From contig OZ024753.1 of assembly GCA_964016885.1 (NCBI GenBank), positions 12,462,001-12,526,000 on the forward strand: a DNA stretch of 64,000 bases, read 5' to 3'. This stretch comes from Eledone cirrhosa (lineage: Eukaryota). Within the stretch, counting starts at the first letter, position 1; every line of letters begins with the position of its first letter. The notes beneath the pieces were generated by a model, which was not told the origin of the DNA, searched no databases, and worked only from the letters and a program-made list of their open reading frames with translations. Position numbers and translations under genes: made by a program. Below are positions 43,028 through 56,119 of this stretch, piece after piece.

Positions 43028-43559
43028 TATATATATTGCCAAATAAAATAATAATAAAGTAAAAAAAACATGTTTTTAAAAGTTATTTTTGTATTTTATA
43101 TCATTCATTCTTTCAGTGGACAACATGTAAATGGTGGGAGTACGATTTGTTATTGAATAGAATATATTTATATATTTATAGTCTCCAACTTAATGCGAAA
43201 AACCTTCGCGAGGGAAGTGTTTTCGCCTATACATGTTGGAAAACATGACTATAGAATTTATGCATCTAACTTTGAAATGTTTGGTTGTTAAACTGATAAT
43301 ACGTTGAGCCATTTGACACACTCTCAGTATTGTTGCTTGGGTCAACCTTATATTAGGTTAATATATATCGTGTGGCTTTGCGGTTAGGGTATTTGTAATG
43401 TTGTTAGTTTGATTCACGGCAGCGCTTTGTCCTTGAGCAAGACACTTTATTTCACATTGCCCCAGCCCAAACAGTTGGCAAAAATGAGTTGTACCTGTAG
43501 TTCGATATTATGTGTCGTCACACTGAATCTCCCTTAGAACTACCTTCAGGGTACGCCTG

Positions 43560-44200
43560 TAATGAGAGTAAGACAGAATATATCACAACCTCCGCTGAAC
43601 CATCTGATTTGAAATCACTCAATAATACATCCATGGAAAGGGTCGAGAACTTTAAATACCTTGGCTCTCATGTCATAGACTCTGAAAAAGATTTCTGCAT
43701 CCGTAAAGCTCTGGGATGAGATACGTGCAATAGGCTTGACAAGACTTGGCGCTCAAATTTATCATCATCTTTCGAACATTGATTGAACCAGTACTACCAT
43801 ATGGATCAGAAAGATAGACCTTATCTGTTCGTCTTGAAAGACGGCTGGGTGGAGGATATAGAAATCTGCTCAGAAGAAACAAAAACATAATCTGGAGATC
43901 ACACGCAACACTTGAAACCATCTACGGAGATTTGATTCCAATATGCCTCAGACTCAAGCAAAAAAGACTACAGTTTGCTGGTCACTGTCATCGAGCTGAC
44001 AAAGAAATCATTTCATCTCTCCGTCTGTGGCATCCCTCTCGATGTGTCTATTCACTAAAACTGACTTTCCCAGACACCATAGCTCGGGACTCAGAGCTGG
44101 ACATAAAGGATCTGGGGACAGCAATCAGGACCAAACAGCGTGGAAAGGGAGTGTCAAGAGAATTCCGACTACCCACAGAGGAGTCAAAGGATGATGATAA
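43560..44200 (+). pseudogene. RTE-like LINE 3' coding remnant
   Basis: NESKTEY..VENFKYLGS..IRKALG; IEPVLPYGSE; RLQFAGHCHRA. Contains stops and frameshifts. Confidence 0.8.
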
Positions 44201-44519
44201 TGTCTATGGAATGCTCAGCCACTAGCACGTTAATTTCACGAGCAGTCTGTTCTGTTTATCGGATCAAGTGGAACGCTCATCGCCCTAACCGACGGAGTGC
44301 TTCAGTTACATATATCGTGCCTCACAGGGGATTTTCTCTCGCTTGTACTCGGTGTGTAGCCGTTTATAATATGCACTTGTTAAATAGCGAAATTTACATA
44401 TAATTGTTTGAGAAAGTTTAATTATACGTAAGTATAATTCTGTGTCCGCGTCTGTGTTTGCACGCGTGAGTGGGTGTTTGCCTTGATGACTGCCTATATA
44501 TATATATGACTGCCTACAC

Positions 44520-44578
<59 letters not shown>

Positions 44579-44691
44579 GGGGTAACAGATTGGTGATCGA
44601 ATAACGTGAAAACAAGCGGGTAGCGATCTCTAGACCTACCAGTTCACAGAAACAATTGTCAGCAATGAGATTAAAAACCTTTTTTGTATAG

Positions 44692-44763
<72 letters not shown>

Positions 44764-44799
44764 TACAAATATTAATAAAATAGATGTTCTTTTGATCAA

Positions 44800-44846
44800 T
44801 TACATATTTCGGATGTACAACAGTACGTCCTCATCAGACAAAATAT
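44800..44846 (-). ncRNA. Hammerhead, family B (3' strand of stem I deleted)
   Basis: UAUUUUGU CUGAUGA GGACGUAC uguu GUACAUCC GAAA UAUGUA. Confidence 0.65.
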
Positions 44847-44969
44847 AATGATACATGACATACCCTGAGATGTTAAATGGTTAAGATTTAATCAATCTAC
44901 TGTAAAACTCATTCTTTGATATACTCATTGAATCTTGTTTAACACTTTAATATATATATAATATAGTAC

Positions 44970-45165
44970 GTTATTCCGGGTTGAATCGGAGGTAACCACA
45001 GTAAGTAAGGTACTCAATACATTGCAGAGTATAAAAGTTTTAATATAGATGAGATTCTACAGGACTAGAACTGTTTCATTCTTTAGAAATCATCAGGAAT
45101 CTCAGTGATTCCTGATGATTTCTAAAGAATGAAACAGTTCTAGTCCTGTAGAATCTCATCTATAT
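44970..45165. mobile_element. Family D perfect palindrome carrying two intact divergent hammerheads
   Basis: HHRs at 45053-45101 (minus) and 45107-45155 (plus): GAUUC CUGAUGA uUUC uaaa GAAu GAAA CAG uucuaguc CUG UA GAAUC. 5-nt spacer. Confidence 0.85.
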
Positions 45166-45192
45166 ATATATATATAATATATATATATATAA

Positions 45193-45505
45193 TTTAGTAC
45201 AGCATAATCGAGGCTCTGACTACAGCTAAGCTAACGAATGCAATCGGGGTGTGCAGCTAAGCACTCAATAAGGTACATTACCTTAGAGTTATAACATTAC
45301 GTTTAGACAGCTTTGCAAATTGAAGACAGCGACCGATAGGCGAGCCGCAGTGACCAAAGAGACGAACAAACTGAACTCAGGAAAATATGACAAACCTGGA
45401 CCGTCGCGTTGATACTGTATATAACATACAATATATAAAATTCATAATATATATAAAATATATAACATACAATATCTCCGCTAGGTTTCTGTAAATCCGA
45501 AAAAA
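45193..45505 (-). mobile_element. Family J repeat (shares the tail hairpin; no HHR recognised)
   Basis: Diverged copy at 50018-50333. The minus strand has actc-taaggtaatgtacctta-ttgagtgc. Confidence 0.6.
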
Positions 45506-45959
45506 CCATTACGTATCATTTTAACTAAACGATCAATAGAGTAAATTAAAATTCAATTGAGAGACATTAGCAGTAGAGGATAATTATGAGGTGAATTTCA
45601 AATTCACGTAATGATGTAAAGCTGGTGTGAGCGAAAAGGAAAGCACAATATTTAATTCATGCGATTCTCTATGTTGTTGAATAGAGTAAATGAGCTACCA
45701 CTTGTATATTGATGTTTTAATGATATATACAGACATTGACACTATTATAAATCTAATGAATATTAAACAAATTTCAGTAAAATTCAACAACTTACCAGTA
45801 ATTAGAATTCATCAAAATAGAACTGATTCAAACATAAAGGCTGGAATTAAAATAATTTAACTTTTCACAGACGAAGGTGTGATTACTAATTATATAATAT
45901 TTACATATTAAGTTTCACACCAATTTAGCATATATAGAAATAACAAAGGGCTTCCTTCG

Positions 45960-46920
45960 AAGGGTCTTTGGAGTAACGTTACTCGATAGTGTGTGTAGCT
46001 CGGAGATCAGTGAGTCACTCCAGGTAGAGCCACTACTTCTACGAATTGAGAGATCACAGCTCCGACACTATGAGCATGTGGTTAGAATGTCTCAGGACAG
46101 ATATATAGCTCGGAGATCAGAGAGTCGCTCCAGGTAGAGCCCCTACTTCTCCGAATTGAGAGATCACAGCTCCGACACTATGGGCATGTGGCTAGAATGT
46201 CTCAGGAAAGAATCACTGGACAGATTTATAGCTTGGAGATCAGAGAGTCACTCCAGGTAGAGCCCCTACTTCTACGAATTGAGAGATCACAGCTCCGACA
46301 CTATGGGCATGTGGCTAGAATGTCTCAGGAAAGAATCACTGGACAGATTTATAGCTCGGAGATCAGAGCGTCGCTCCAGTTAGAGCCCCTACTTCTACGA
46401 ATTGAGAGATCACAGCTCCGACACTATGGGCATGTGGCTAGAATGTCTCAGGGAAGAATCACTGGACAGATTTATAGCTTGGAGATCAGAGAGTCACTCC
46501 AGGTAGAGCCCCTACTTCTACGAATTGAGAGATCACAGCTCCGACACTATGGGCATGTGGCTAGAATGTCTCAGGGAAGAATCACTGGACAGATTTATAG
46601 CTCGGAGATCAGAGCGTCGCTTCAGGTAGAGCCCCTACTTCTACGAATTGAGAGATCACAGCTCAGATACTATAAGCATGTGGTTAGCATGTCTCAGGAA
46701 AGAATCGCTGGACAGATTTTACGGGCGTACCAACCAGTAGGAGACCCAGGGGTAGACCTCGAGCAAGACGGTTAGATAACATCCATGAGCTTGGCTGGTC
46801 AGCCTTGGGGATCCAGCCCCGAATCATTTGGAGACGGATTCTTCTGACAGGACCCGTTGGAGGGAGTGTTTGAGGACCCTGTCCGCCACGACTCTCTCGG
46901 GAATAAGTAGCCCAAGAAGA
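45960..46920 (+). mobile_element. RTE-type LINE 3' end with an internal 123-bp tandem array
   Basis: EPLLLRIERSQLRHYGHVARM repeated. Units start at 45998, 46108, 46231, 46354, 46477 and 46600. Confidence 0.85.
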
Positions 46921-47337
46921 ACAACAAAGCAGTCTTTATCAGCGTGAAATAAACAAATGAGTAATTTTACCAAAAGACAAATTGAAATAACCCTCTTGAA
47001 CCATTTGAAATCTATACATGGCAGAGTCTCACCCATTTGATCTTACATCTACAGAAGAATTCGATTCTGCTGAGAAGCGAACAGCAATAGTGAGCATACA
47101 CGTGTCAGTTAGGAATGCGAGAATTAAATGCTGATAGTCAAATAAATTATCTGCAATTTAGTAGCAGTAGTAGTAGTAGTAGTAGTAACCATGTATGTAT
47201 TAGGTCAAAATACATGAATGTGAAAGTGATGAGATTTTAGTATTTGCACTCGATTACTTAGAAAAGTCATATGTATATACATACATACATACAACCACAC
47301 GCACATACACACACATACGCCCCCCCCCCACACACAT

Positions 47338-47370
<33 letters not shown>

Positions 47371-48734
47371 AATATGCGGCAGACACATCTATCAGAAAGT
47401 CAGATAATATAGAAGTTGAAAAGGTTACATTGAAATATTAAATTTGGGAGTATAAAGAAAAATCGATTAATCGATATGCAATTGATATAAATGCAGCATA
47501 ATCAAAAATGAATAATTAGCGATATTTAAATCTTTATATTGATATTGGAAACTTTCCCAGTGATGCACTTTGAATGTCGTATGCATATATTTAAAACTAG
47601 GGTAATATTGGTAAGCTAGAGAACTGAAAGTATTTCTGAATGAACTGAAAGTAAAACAGTAGAGATAAGAAAACCGTGAAGAGTTAGTGACATTTCTTCT
47701 TTACAAAGGGCAAAGGAGAGGACAGATCTAAGTATTATATGAAAATTACATCTACTCGATTAGAACTGTTTCATTTGTATGAAATTGTCAGGTTGTCAGA
47801 AATGGTCAATGATTTCATTCGAATGAAACTCTTCTAAATTTGTAGAAGTCAGACAAACTCACACCACTAAAAATAGCATCCCGGTTTACTTGTCTACAGT
47901 TAGTATTCTGTTCACCTTAGCGAATCTGGTCCCTTGCGATTTGAACACATATATGTATATGTCTGTGTTCGTTTTTCTTTTTCTTATATATATATATACG
48001 TATGTATGTGTGTGTTAGACGTGTGTGTATACGTGTGACGTGTGTATGTCAGTGAAAGTTAAATGCTATGAGAACCAATTTTCCAGTTGTTTAGTAAGTC
48101 CATTTATGTGAGAGTAGCAGATAATTCTGTTACATACTATATATGGCAACAAAACAACCAAAACGCAACATTCGTTGCAATGCTTCAATACAGTATTCAG
48201 TTGTTTTTTTAAAAGACTTTCTAATCACAACTGTATATCTTCAATAAATCGCTTTATTCTCTAAGCTCTTATTATATCTCATATTGTTATATGCACCTTT
48301 TGTTTCTTCTGCATTGTCTATTTAGCTTTTTATTGAATTCAACCATGAAGAGTATTTTATTTGCTACTTTCATATTTACTCTTCGATATTTATTTCAATG
48401 CGTAAATTTCCTTTATTCCGTACATCTTCGATTATAGTGTGTTTTACTCATTCTTATTTCACCTATCATATTCTTTAAAACATGCCTTCAAGTTTCTATT
48501 AAATTCAATGAGATTTTCTATAACCTCTGATTTCTACTCCAACATCGAATCTGAGCTTTCATCTATTAGACTTAGGAAATATTGGAAATCCAGTTAATAT
48601 TGCTCCGACTTTATACAATGAACAGAAGCTGTCAGCGCATTAGATGCAGATGGGGACATTTAACTGTATTCTCGCTGAAATACACACTCACATACACAAG
48701 TACACACGCTGGAATACATGCGCATACACATACA

Positions 48735-49000
48735 CACACTCACCCACTCACTCGCTCACTTACTCACACCATCACTCACTCACTCACTCCATCACTCACT
48801 CACTCACTCACTCACTCACTCACTCCATTAATCCACTCACTCCATCACTCCACTCACTCTATCACTCACACATTCACTCCACTCACTCACACGCTCACCC
48901 ACTCACTCCATTACACCACTCACTCCATCACTCACTCACTCCACTCACTCGCTCCATCACTCACTCACTCACTCACTCACTCCATCACTCACTCGCTCTC
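48735..49000. repeat. (CACT)n-like microsatellite
   Basis: Visible. Confidence 0.9.
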
Positions 49001-49316
49001 TCATACACACACATCCGTACACACGAATTTCCCTGTCAATTGAACAAAATGATAAGTTGAATCGATGTTCGGCCCTAACTGGTTCTTCATCAGCGGTTGT
49101 GTATATCAGCCAAACAACTAGAAAGAAACATGTCTTCGATGTGCTTTTATAACCATTTACTCTTGCATTATTCTGAAATGGACGTACAAATATGCATATA
49201 ATGCATATGGTTAGCAGTGTGCTGGTAATTAGTCAACACGTAGATTAAGAAGTGCGCTAACAGCCTAAGTGTGCGATAAAGTTATATATTTATACATACC
49301 GAGTGCGTATATACAT

Positions 49317-49354
<38 letters not shown>

Positions 49355-49556
49355 ATATATATATATATGGAATAAACATTAAGACTGATGTTACATAATC
49401 GTATTTAGCGTATTATACGTATTTCAATGACGCCAATGTGAAGATGTTATTTAATCATTACAACAGCAAACGGCACCATCATGTGAGGGAGTTGATATTT
49501 CGCCGGTTAAACGCTTTCATGTTTGCGAATATTAAGTGTTTTATATATATATAATA

Positions 49557-49752
49557 GGGGCGGTGAATTGGCAGTATCGGTAGAGGGTCGGACGCCAAGC
49601 TTTGACGCATAGAGTTACGGCCCTTGCCATTCTGAGTTCAAATCCCGCCGAGGTTAACTTTGCCTTTCATCCTTACGGGGTCGATAAAATAAAGTACCAG
49701 TAATGTACTGGGTAATTTGCTGGCCTTGTGCCAATAGTAGAAACAATTATTA
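49557..49752 (+). mobile_element. SINE family 1 (well preserved)
   Basis: ggggcggtgaattggcagtatcggtaga..gagttcaaatcccgcc..gcctttcatccttacggggtcgataaaataaagtacc. The central block resembles the Meta-SINE domain, from memory. Confidence 0.9.
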
Positions 49753-49795
49753 TTATTTATCAACTCTTGTGGTTAATAAAGAAAGCATTAAGTGT

Positions 49796-49855
<60 letters not shown>

Positions 49856-50606
49856 GAAATAGTTCTTTGCTCATATAATATATATATATATATATATATA
49901 TTATATGAGCTAAGAAATATTTCATTTGTTGGTAATTCCTAAATAAATATAGTTTCCATTTATTAATATCATTGATATACATACACATACACACACATAT
50001 ATATATATATACACACATTTTAGTACAGCATCAACGAAGCTTTTAGCTGCGGCCAAGCTAACGAATGTAGATTCGGAATGCAGCTTACCACTCGATGGAC
50101 AATATTACCCCAGAGTTATAACAATGCGTTTAGACAGCTTTGCAAATCAAATATAGCGACCGACAGTCTGGCCGCATTGCCATAGCAACCAAAAAAACTG
50201 AACTCAGGAAAAGATTTTGACTGACCTGGACCATCGCGTGGACATCGAATGCAACACATAACGCATAACGTATAGCATACAATGTACATCACATATAACA
50301 TACAACATCCACGCTACGTTTCTGTAAAACCGAGATCGATAAATTCTGCTTGCAGGGGTCTGCAAGTTAATGGCCTTTCACGACAGAAAAAAGGATTTAC
50401 TTCGTCAAAAAGTCTTGCGGTGTGTATTTTCTAGCAGTAATTTTCGCTATAGACACGTGGTTTTCCCAAATGGAGGTAACCCCCGTTTTGGCAGTTAATT
50501 CGAAATTTGTGACAAAGGAATGAAATTCCCTTAGACAAACCGAATTAAGCACCCAACCAGAAGTTATCAAACAAACAAACAAAAAATTAATCAATCAATA
50601 GAATTG

Positions 50607-50641
<35 letters not shown>

Positions 50642-50644
<3 letters not shown>

Positions 50645-50775
50645 CGAAGGAAGTGTGGTAAGGAACCAGATGGACCATAACGCAGCAGACTACTCAATAC
50701 TTAGGGTAGTAGAATCGGTAATAGGAAAATAGCCGTCGAAACGGCTTGAGCTCTGCCGTCGGGGTTAAACATTTT

Positions 50776-50780
<5 letters not shown>
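50642..50780. mobile_element. Family C element with one arm deleted
   Basis: Tail..ataggaaa|atagccgtcgaaacggcttgagctctgccgtc..ttttcctat. Confidence 0.7.
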
Positions 50781-50808
<28 letters not shown>

Positions 50809-51747
50809 TCGTCACCTTGTCTGTCATCTTCATTTATCATATCGTTATTCAGACTATGTTAAAGGATCTACAGTGCAATTTTGGATTTGATCTTAACCTC
50901 TGATAAGATTGGTGCTGTACAGAAATTGAGCCTATTTCAAATTATCCCAATACGTTCGGTTTGAAATAAAAAATTGTTCAGTCTATATAAATATTCATTA
51001 TACACACGTATCCACTCTGTAGATTAAACTATACGCTTATCAATAAATTCATATTAACTGGCAATGTTTGTTTCGATAAACACAAAGGTCTCACGCCATG
51101 ATAAACTGTTTTGTCAGACATTTATATATAAATGGCGAATTAAATAGAGAAACCAGAAAAATCATAGAAATTCTAATCGATATAAGATTCTCTAACAAAT
51201 TACTAGATACATAAAGGAAATGTGCTGATCAGCAGACAATGAAAATAATGTTTATTTGAATCTGTTCTGGGCATTCTATATAAAAAAAGGTAGTCCCCAT
51301 AGCATATTAGCGGTTCGAAACGATTGAAGGTGTTTCAGGATGTTATTTGCTTTATTTTATTTATTCGTCGTATTTTCGAAACCATTTTAATAGAGCAAAA
51401 CACTGCATAAGGCCGCCAGATTCACTTACTCTCTATTGCCATATAAATGTTTATTCCATAGTATCTTTGGTAGTATTAATCAATTATGCTCTAGTATTGT
51501 ATAGCTTCAGGCTAAACGAAATTGAATAATAAGAAACATTCGTATATTTCTTTAGCACCAAAACAATCAAACTACGAAGGCTTTTGCGAACAATAACCCT
51601 TCTACATCACTATCCTGTAAAACATTTTCGAAATGATTATTGCGCCACTTTGCACCTATTAGTGAGTTCTCACTTCTATTCATTGATTTACTTCCATTGC
51701 TTCAAGACAGAGTTGGAAATGGTAACGAAACAAAGTATTATTATTAT

Positions 51748-52028
51748 CATCGGTAGAGAGTCGGACGCCATGCTATGTAGTATAGAGTTACGGCCCTTTG
51801 AGGTCCGAGTTCAAATCCCGCCGTTGTTAACTTTGCCTTTCATCCTTACGGAATCGATAAAATGAAGTATCAGATAATTGTTCGCCTTGTGCCAAAAGTA
51901 GAAACAATTATTATTATTAATTGGCAGAATCTGTAGAGCGTCGGACACCATATGCTTTGCGGCATATAGTTACGGTTCTTTGCGTTCTGAGTTCAAATCC
52001 CACCGAGGTTAACTCCTGTCTTTCATCA
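51748..52028 (+). mobile_element. Two SINE family 1 copies
   Basis: B boxes gagttcaaatccc at ~51807 and ~51989. Confidence 0.8.
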
Positions 52029-52379
52029 TTGTTTGTTTTATAGGTTTTCGGCCCCTGGTCTCAGTTAAGTTTCTTATTATTGCATATGGTAGGGGAATAC
52101 GAGGCGGTGACAGGAGAGAAAATTAACCAGGAAAATTCGGTGGGGTTGTGGTATTAGATACCTTTAGAAGAAATATGCTTAGCGTCCAACACCATTGTTG
52201 GATGTTTGAAGGACGGACCGCTTACACTTCCTGAGTCCAGACTACCAGATGGACAAAAATGGGATTGAGGTCATGAGCAGAATGAACGGTCTCACTTTGA
52301 ATAAGCACACGTGGAATAGAAGAACTGGAGTGAGGTGCTTGTTCGTGCAATCAAGGGCGGAGACCACATCGATGGTCAG

Positions 52380-52762
52380 TTAACTTGGACCTCACAATAT
52401 CCTTGTAACGAAGACGGAAGAGATACGCCGTGATATACATGTGGAAAATCCTAGAGGGACTAGCACCAAATTTTGGCATTGGGATCTGGACCAACCGTCT
52501 AGCAGGACGTCACTGTGTGGTGCCAAAGGTCCTGTCTTCCACATCTAGAATAAGGAGCAGATATTGCAATAGCCGGGGGTTTAAAGGACCTCAACTCTTC
52601 AACAAGCTGCCGAGGGAACTGAAAGATCTGTATGGTGTGGACGTGGATGTTTTCAAGAAAAATCACGACACCTTGCTATCCAGGATCCCGGATGAGCCCA
52701 CAGCAAGGCACGAGAGAATCCTAGGGGCAGCAGCAGCGAACTTCCTCTTGCACCAGTGGCCA
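52380..52762 (+). pseudogene. CR1/Jockey-group LINE 3' coding remnant
   Basis: RRKRYAVIYMWKILEG..GPQLFNKLP..VFKK..IPDEP. Confidence 0.7.
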
Positions 52763-52820
52763 TGTATGTATGTATATATAAATATAAGTATGTAAATATA
52801 TATATATGTATATATGTATG

Positions 52821-52865
<45 letters not shown>

Positions 52866-52866
52866 G

Positions 52867-52897
<31 letters not shown>

Positions 52898-53283
52898 GTA
52901 TGTGTATATATATTTATGTATATATATATGTATGTATATATGTATGTATATCAGAGTTGCAGGTGTTACATCAGAGTTCTTCTTTTTGGTAAATATCATC
53001 TTGGTTAAGAGAGTGGGACTGGCTTTGTGCAGTGCCTTTGCACACTATAAAAGCTTCACGGCACAGGCATTGTTTTATATCTGGAGATCTCTCTGAACTT
53101 GTCGTCACATGGTACCATGGGCCCAGCACTATGTGTCAGTAATTGTCACAAGTGTAGTGTTTGTACCAGAGTTTTCAAGTCGCTGGCTGGACTAAGAAGT
53201 CACACTCGTTCAGCGCATCGGTAGGGGTTCTTCTACATGGATATAAAGTAGTGGCCGTACTCGAAAACGAGTTGGCAGCCACC

Positions 53284-54106
53284 GACGGCTCTTTCGACCT
53301 AACTGTCAAGGATGGGTGGCACATTTTCTTCCTGTTAGAGTGACGGCAATGGCTGCACATTCCCGACAGACTTGAAGAGCTTGGTGTAGAAGTATTCGCA
53401 AACCTTTTCCACATCACTCTTGTCACTGACCGGTACTCCAACTGTGTTCTTCAGGGTCGTCACCTCCGATCTGTACTTTGTCATGTCCTCCTCGCATTTC
53501 TTGAGGCTCTTCTTTTCCTTGGCGGCCTTCAGGAGCTTCTCCATCCAGTACGCCTCGAAGTCTCTCTTCAGTTTTTGACGTATCACTCTGCTGAGAAGGG
53601 AATATTCGAGGTGATCTTCAGGTGTCCTCTTCATATTCTTCCACTTTTCACCCTCTTCAATAGCACAGTTTTACCTGCAATGTTATATGGCAGTGAAACT
53701 TGGGCTACAACGAAAAGAGAAGAGCAGAGGCTGGTAACGGCTCAAAGAGCAATGGAGAGATCAATGTTAGGAATCTCGTTGAGAGAGCACATCAAAAGCG
53801 AAGTCATCCGACAGAAGTCCGGCGTAGAGGGACGTCATCACGGAATATATGCGCAGCAAGTTCAGATGGGCTGGACACGTCGCCCGGTTCACCGATAATC
53901 GGTGGACCAGCGCAGTTGCCGAGTGGTACATGCGCGAGCGGAAACGACCACTCAGACGGCCTCCACGAAGGTGGAGTTACGATTTTAGGAATATGATTGG
54001 GACTACATGGATGAGGAAAGTACGATCCAGAGAGGAATGGACGGCGTGCTGTGGCCAGCGGCGCCGAATGGTCGCCCGACAGACTGGTCGGTCAAGGTCA
54101 AGGTGA
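53284..54106. pseudogene. RTE LINE with a 5' inversion
   Basis: Minus 53634->53284 encodes the pre-RT linker (..CEYFYTKLF..). Plus 53650-54106 encodes the C-terminus (LPAMLYGSETW..RWAGHVAR..RPPRRW). Confidence 0.75.
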
Positions 54107-54193
54107 TAGGTATGTATGTATGTATATATATATATGTATTATGCATGTATATATGTATATATATATATATATATATATTTATGTATATATGTA

Positions 54194-54242
<49 letters not shown>

Positions 54243-54247
<5 letters not shown>

Positions 54248-54652
54248 TACACGGGAGTGTATCATTGTGTATAGAAGATTATATTAATAAAAGGGATTCC
54301 AAGTTTCTCTGATTTACTCGTTTTATTTACAATCCTTTAAAATTATAATGATATTATAATGAAATAGTATGGTAGAATATTAAATGTTAAATGTTAATTG
54401 AACAAGTACTTTCATGCTTTCGCAATCTTCAGGTTCCTATTCAGTGGTGACAGTCAAGTTGGCAATGTTCAACTGTTGAAAATTGCCAGCTTGACTGAAT
54501 ATGAACCTGAAGATTGCGAAAGCATGAAAGTATTTCAATTAATATTTAACATTTAATACTCTAGCATACTATTTCATTATAATATCATTATAATTTTAAA
54601 GGATTGTAAATAAAACGAATAAATCAGACAATGTTGGAACCCTTTTATTAAT
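54243..54652. mobile_element. Family F palindromic HHR mini-element (tail on left)
   Basis: Intact minus-strand HHR 54399-54436: GAAC CUGAAGA uUGCgaaaGCAu GAAA GUAC UU GUUC. Centre ~54472. Confidence 0.8.
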
Positions 54653-54776
54653 ATATATATATATATATATATATCAAGTAAGTATGTTTTGAAACAGTGA
54701 GCGAGTTTGAAATTAGAAAATATATAGCTTTCACCGTATTTTTGACTTTAGTATATATATATATCAAATTCCTTTA

Positions 54777-54816
<40 letters not shown>

Positions 54817-54916
54817 ATTAGAATACTGGAGCGTGTTTGAGTCAAACACCCTCTTCGTATTATAGAAATGACAGTAAAAGGTATAGCTCAATGCAGTTAA
54901 ACAGAGCCAATAAATT

Positions 54917-55003
54917 AAGAGAGTAAAACAAAGAATCCTTTAATACATTGTCGGCTAATAAAAACTTTTGATGTATTAAAGGATTCTTTGTTTTACTCTC
55001 TTA
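54917..55003. repeat. ~32-bp-arm inverted repeat
   Basis: aagagagtaaaacaaagaatcctttaatacat / atgtattaaaggattctttgttttactctctt. Confidence 0.8.
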
Positions 55004-55050
55004 TATCAAAATGAAAATCTGAAGGCAAGGTAAAATTCCAATCATTTTAA

Positions 55051-55124
55051 TCACGACACATGTTTCAATAAGAGATAGATCGATCGTAAAGCCATGATCA
55101 ATTATCACTGATCTCATCAGGTGA
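55051..55124 (-). ncRNA. Hammerhead with extended stem II
   Basis: UCAC CUGAUGA (47 nt containing GAUC/GAUC pairing) GAAA CAUGUG UC GUGA. Confidence 0.6.
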
Positions 55125-55382
55125 AAATGAATTGTCTGCAAATTCTTGATATAAGAAAAATTAGCAATGTTCACTCACAGAGTTTATTCCTTCATATGAA
55201 GTTCCAGTAGTCAGAAATACAGCGACTGCTGTCAGCTTCAGTTAGGGTCATAAAACTGTCAAATCTCCATAGCTGCACAGGACGCTGGACATTAATCAGA
55301 TCTGTAGAAATACAGTCGGTCACGGTTAATGTGAGTGGGTACACACACACTCAACACCCATACTCACTGGCTCGAGGTCACA

Positions 55383-55442
<60 letters not shown>

Positions 55443-55523
55443 GTATATATATATGTATGTAAGTATGTGTATATATATATACAATATATTAACAAATGGA
55501 AACTATATTTATAAAAGCATATT

Positions 55524-55589
55524 TATTTCATTATACATATTTCAAGGGCCACCAAGGTAAACTATGGTGCGCTTTCATCAGATAAAATA
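55524..55589 (-). ncRNA. Hammerhead ribozyme, family A
   Basis: Near-identical to 19464-19529. Confidence 0.8.
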
Positions 55590-55731
55590 TAATATGGGGT
55601 TAGTTTTATAAATAAATATTGACATACCCTTAAAAAATGCAACCATTCTGCATATCTACAGAATCCCTTTTATTAATATAATCTTCTATACACAATCATA
55701 CACTCACATGTATATATATATATATATATAT

Positions 55732-55924
55732 ATAGGAACAAGTAAGACCCCGACGGCTGAGCTCAAGCCGTTTCGACGGCTAATTCTGGACTGAATTAGC
55801 CGTCGAAACGGCTTGAGCTCAGCCGTCGGAGTCTTACTTGTTCCTATTACCCATTCTACTACCCTAAGTATTGAGTACTTTGGTGCGTTGTGGTCCACCT
55901 GGTTCCTTACCACATTTCCTTCGT

Positions 55925-55927
<3 letters not shown>
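55732..55927. mobile_element. Family C palindromic element (tail on right)
   Basis: Palindrome 55732-55847, loop tggact, GAAA-CGGCT-tgagctc-AGCCG-TC. Confidence 0.8.
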
Positions 55928-55959
<32 letters not shown>

Positions 55960-56119
55960 GTATGTATATATATATATGTATCCATGTATATATATATATA
56001 TATGTAAGTATGTGTATATATATGTATGTATGTAAGTATGTGTATATATATATATATATGTATGTATGTAAGTATGTGTATATATATATGTAAGTATGTG
56101 TATATATATATATATATAT

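Noticed and set aside
49058-49098. Minus-strand CTGATGA..GAAC
   Set aside because: GAAA and stems are not satisfied.
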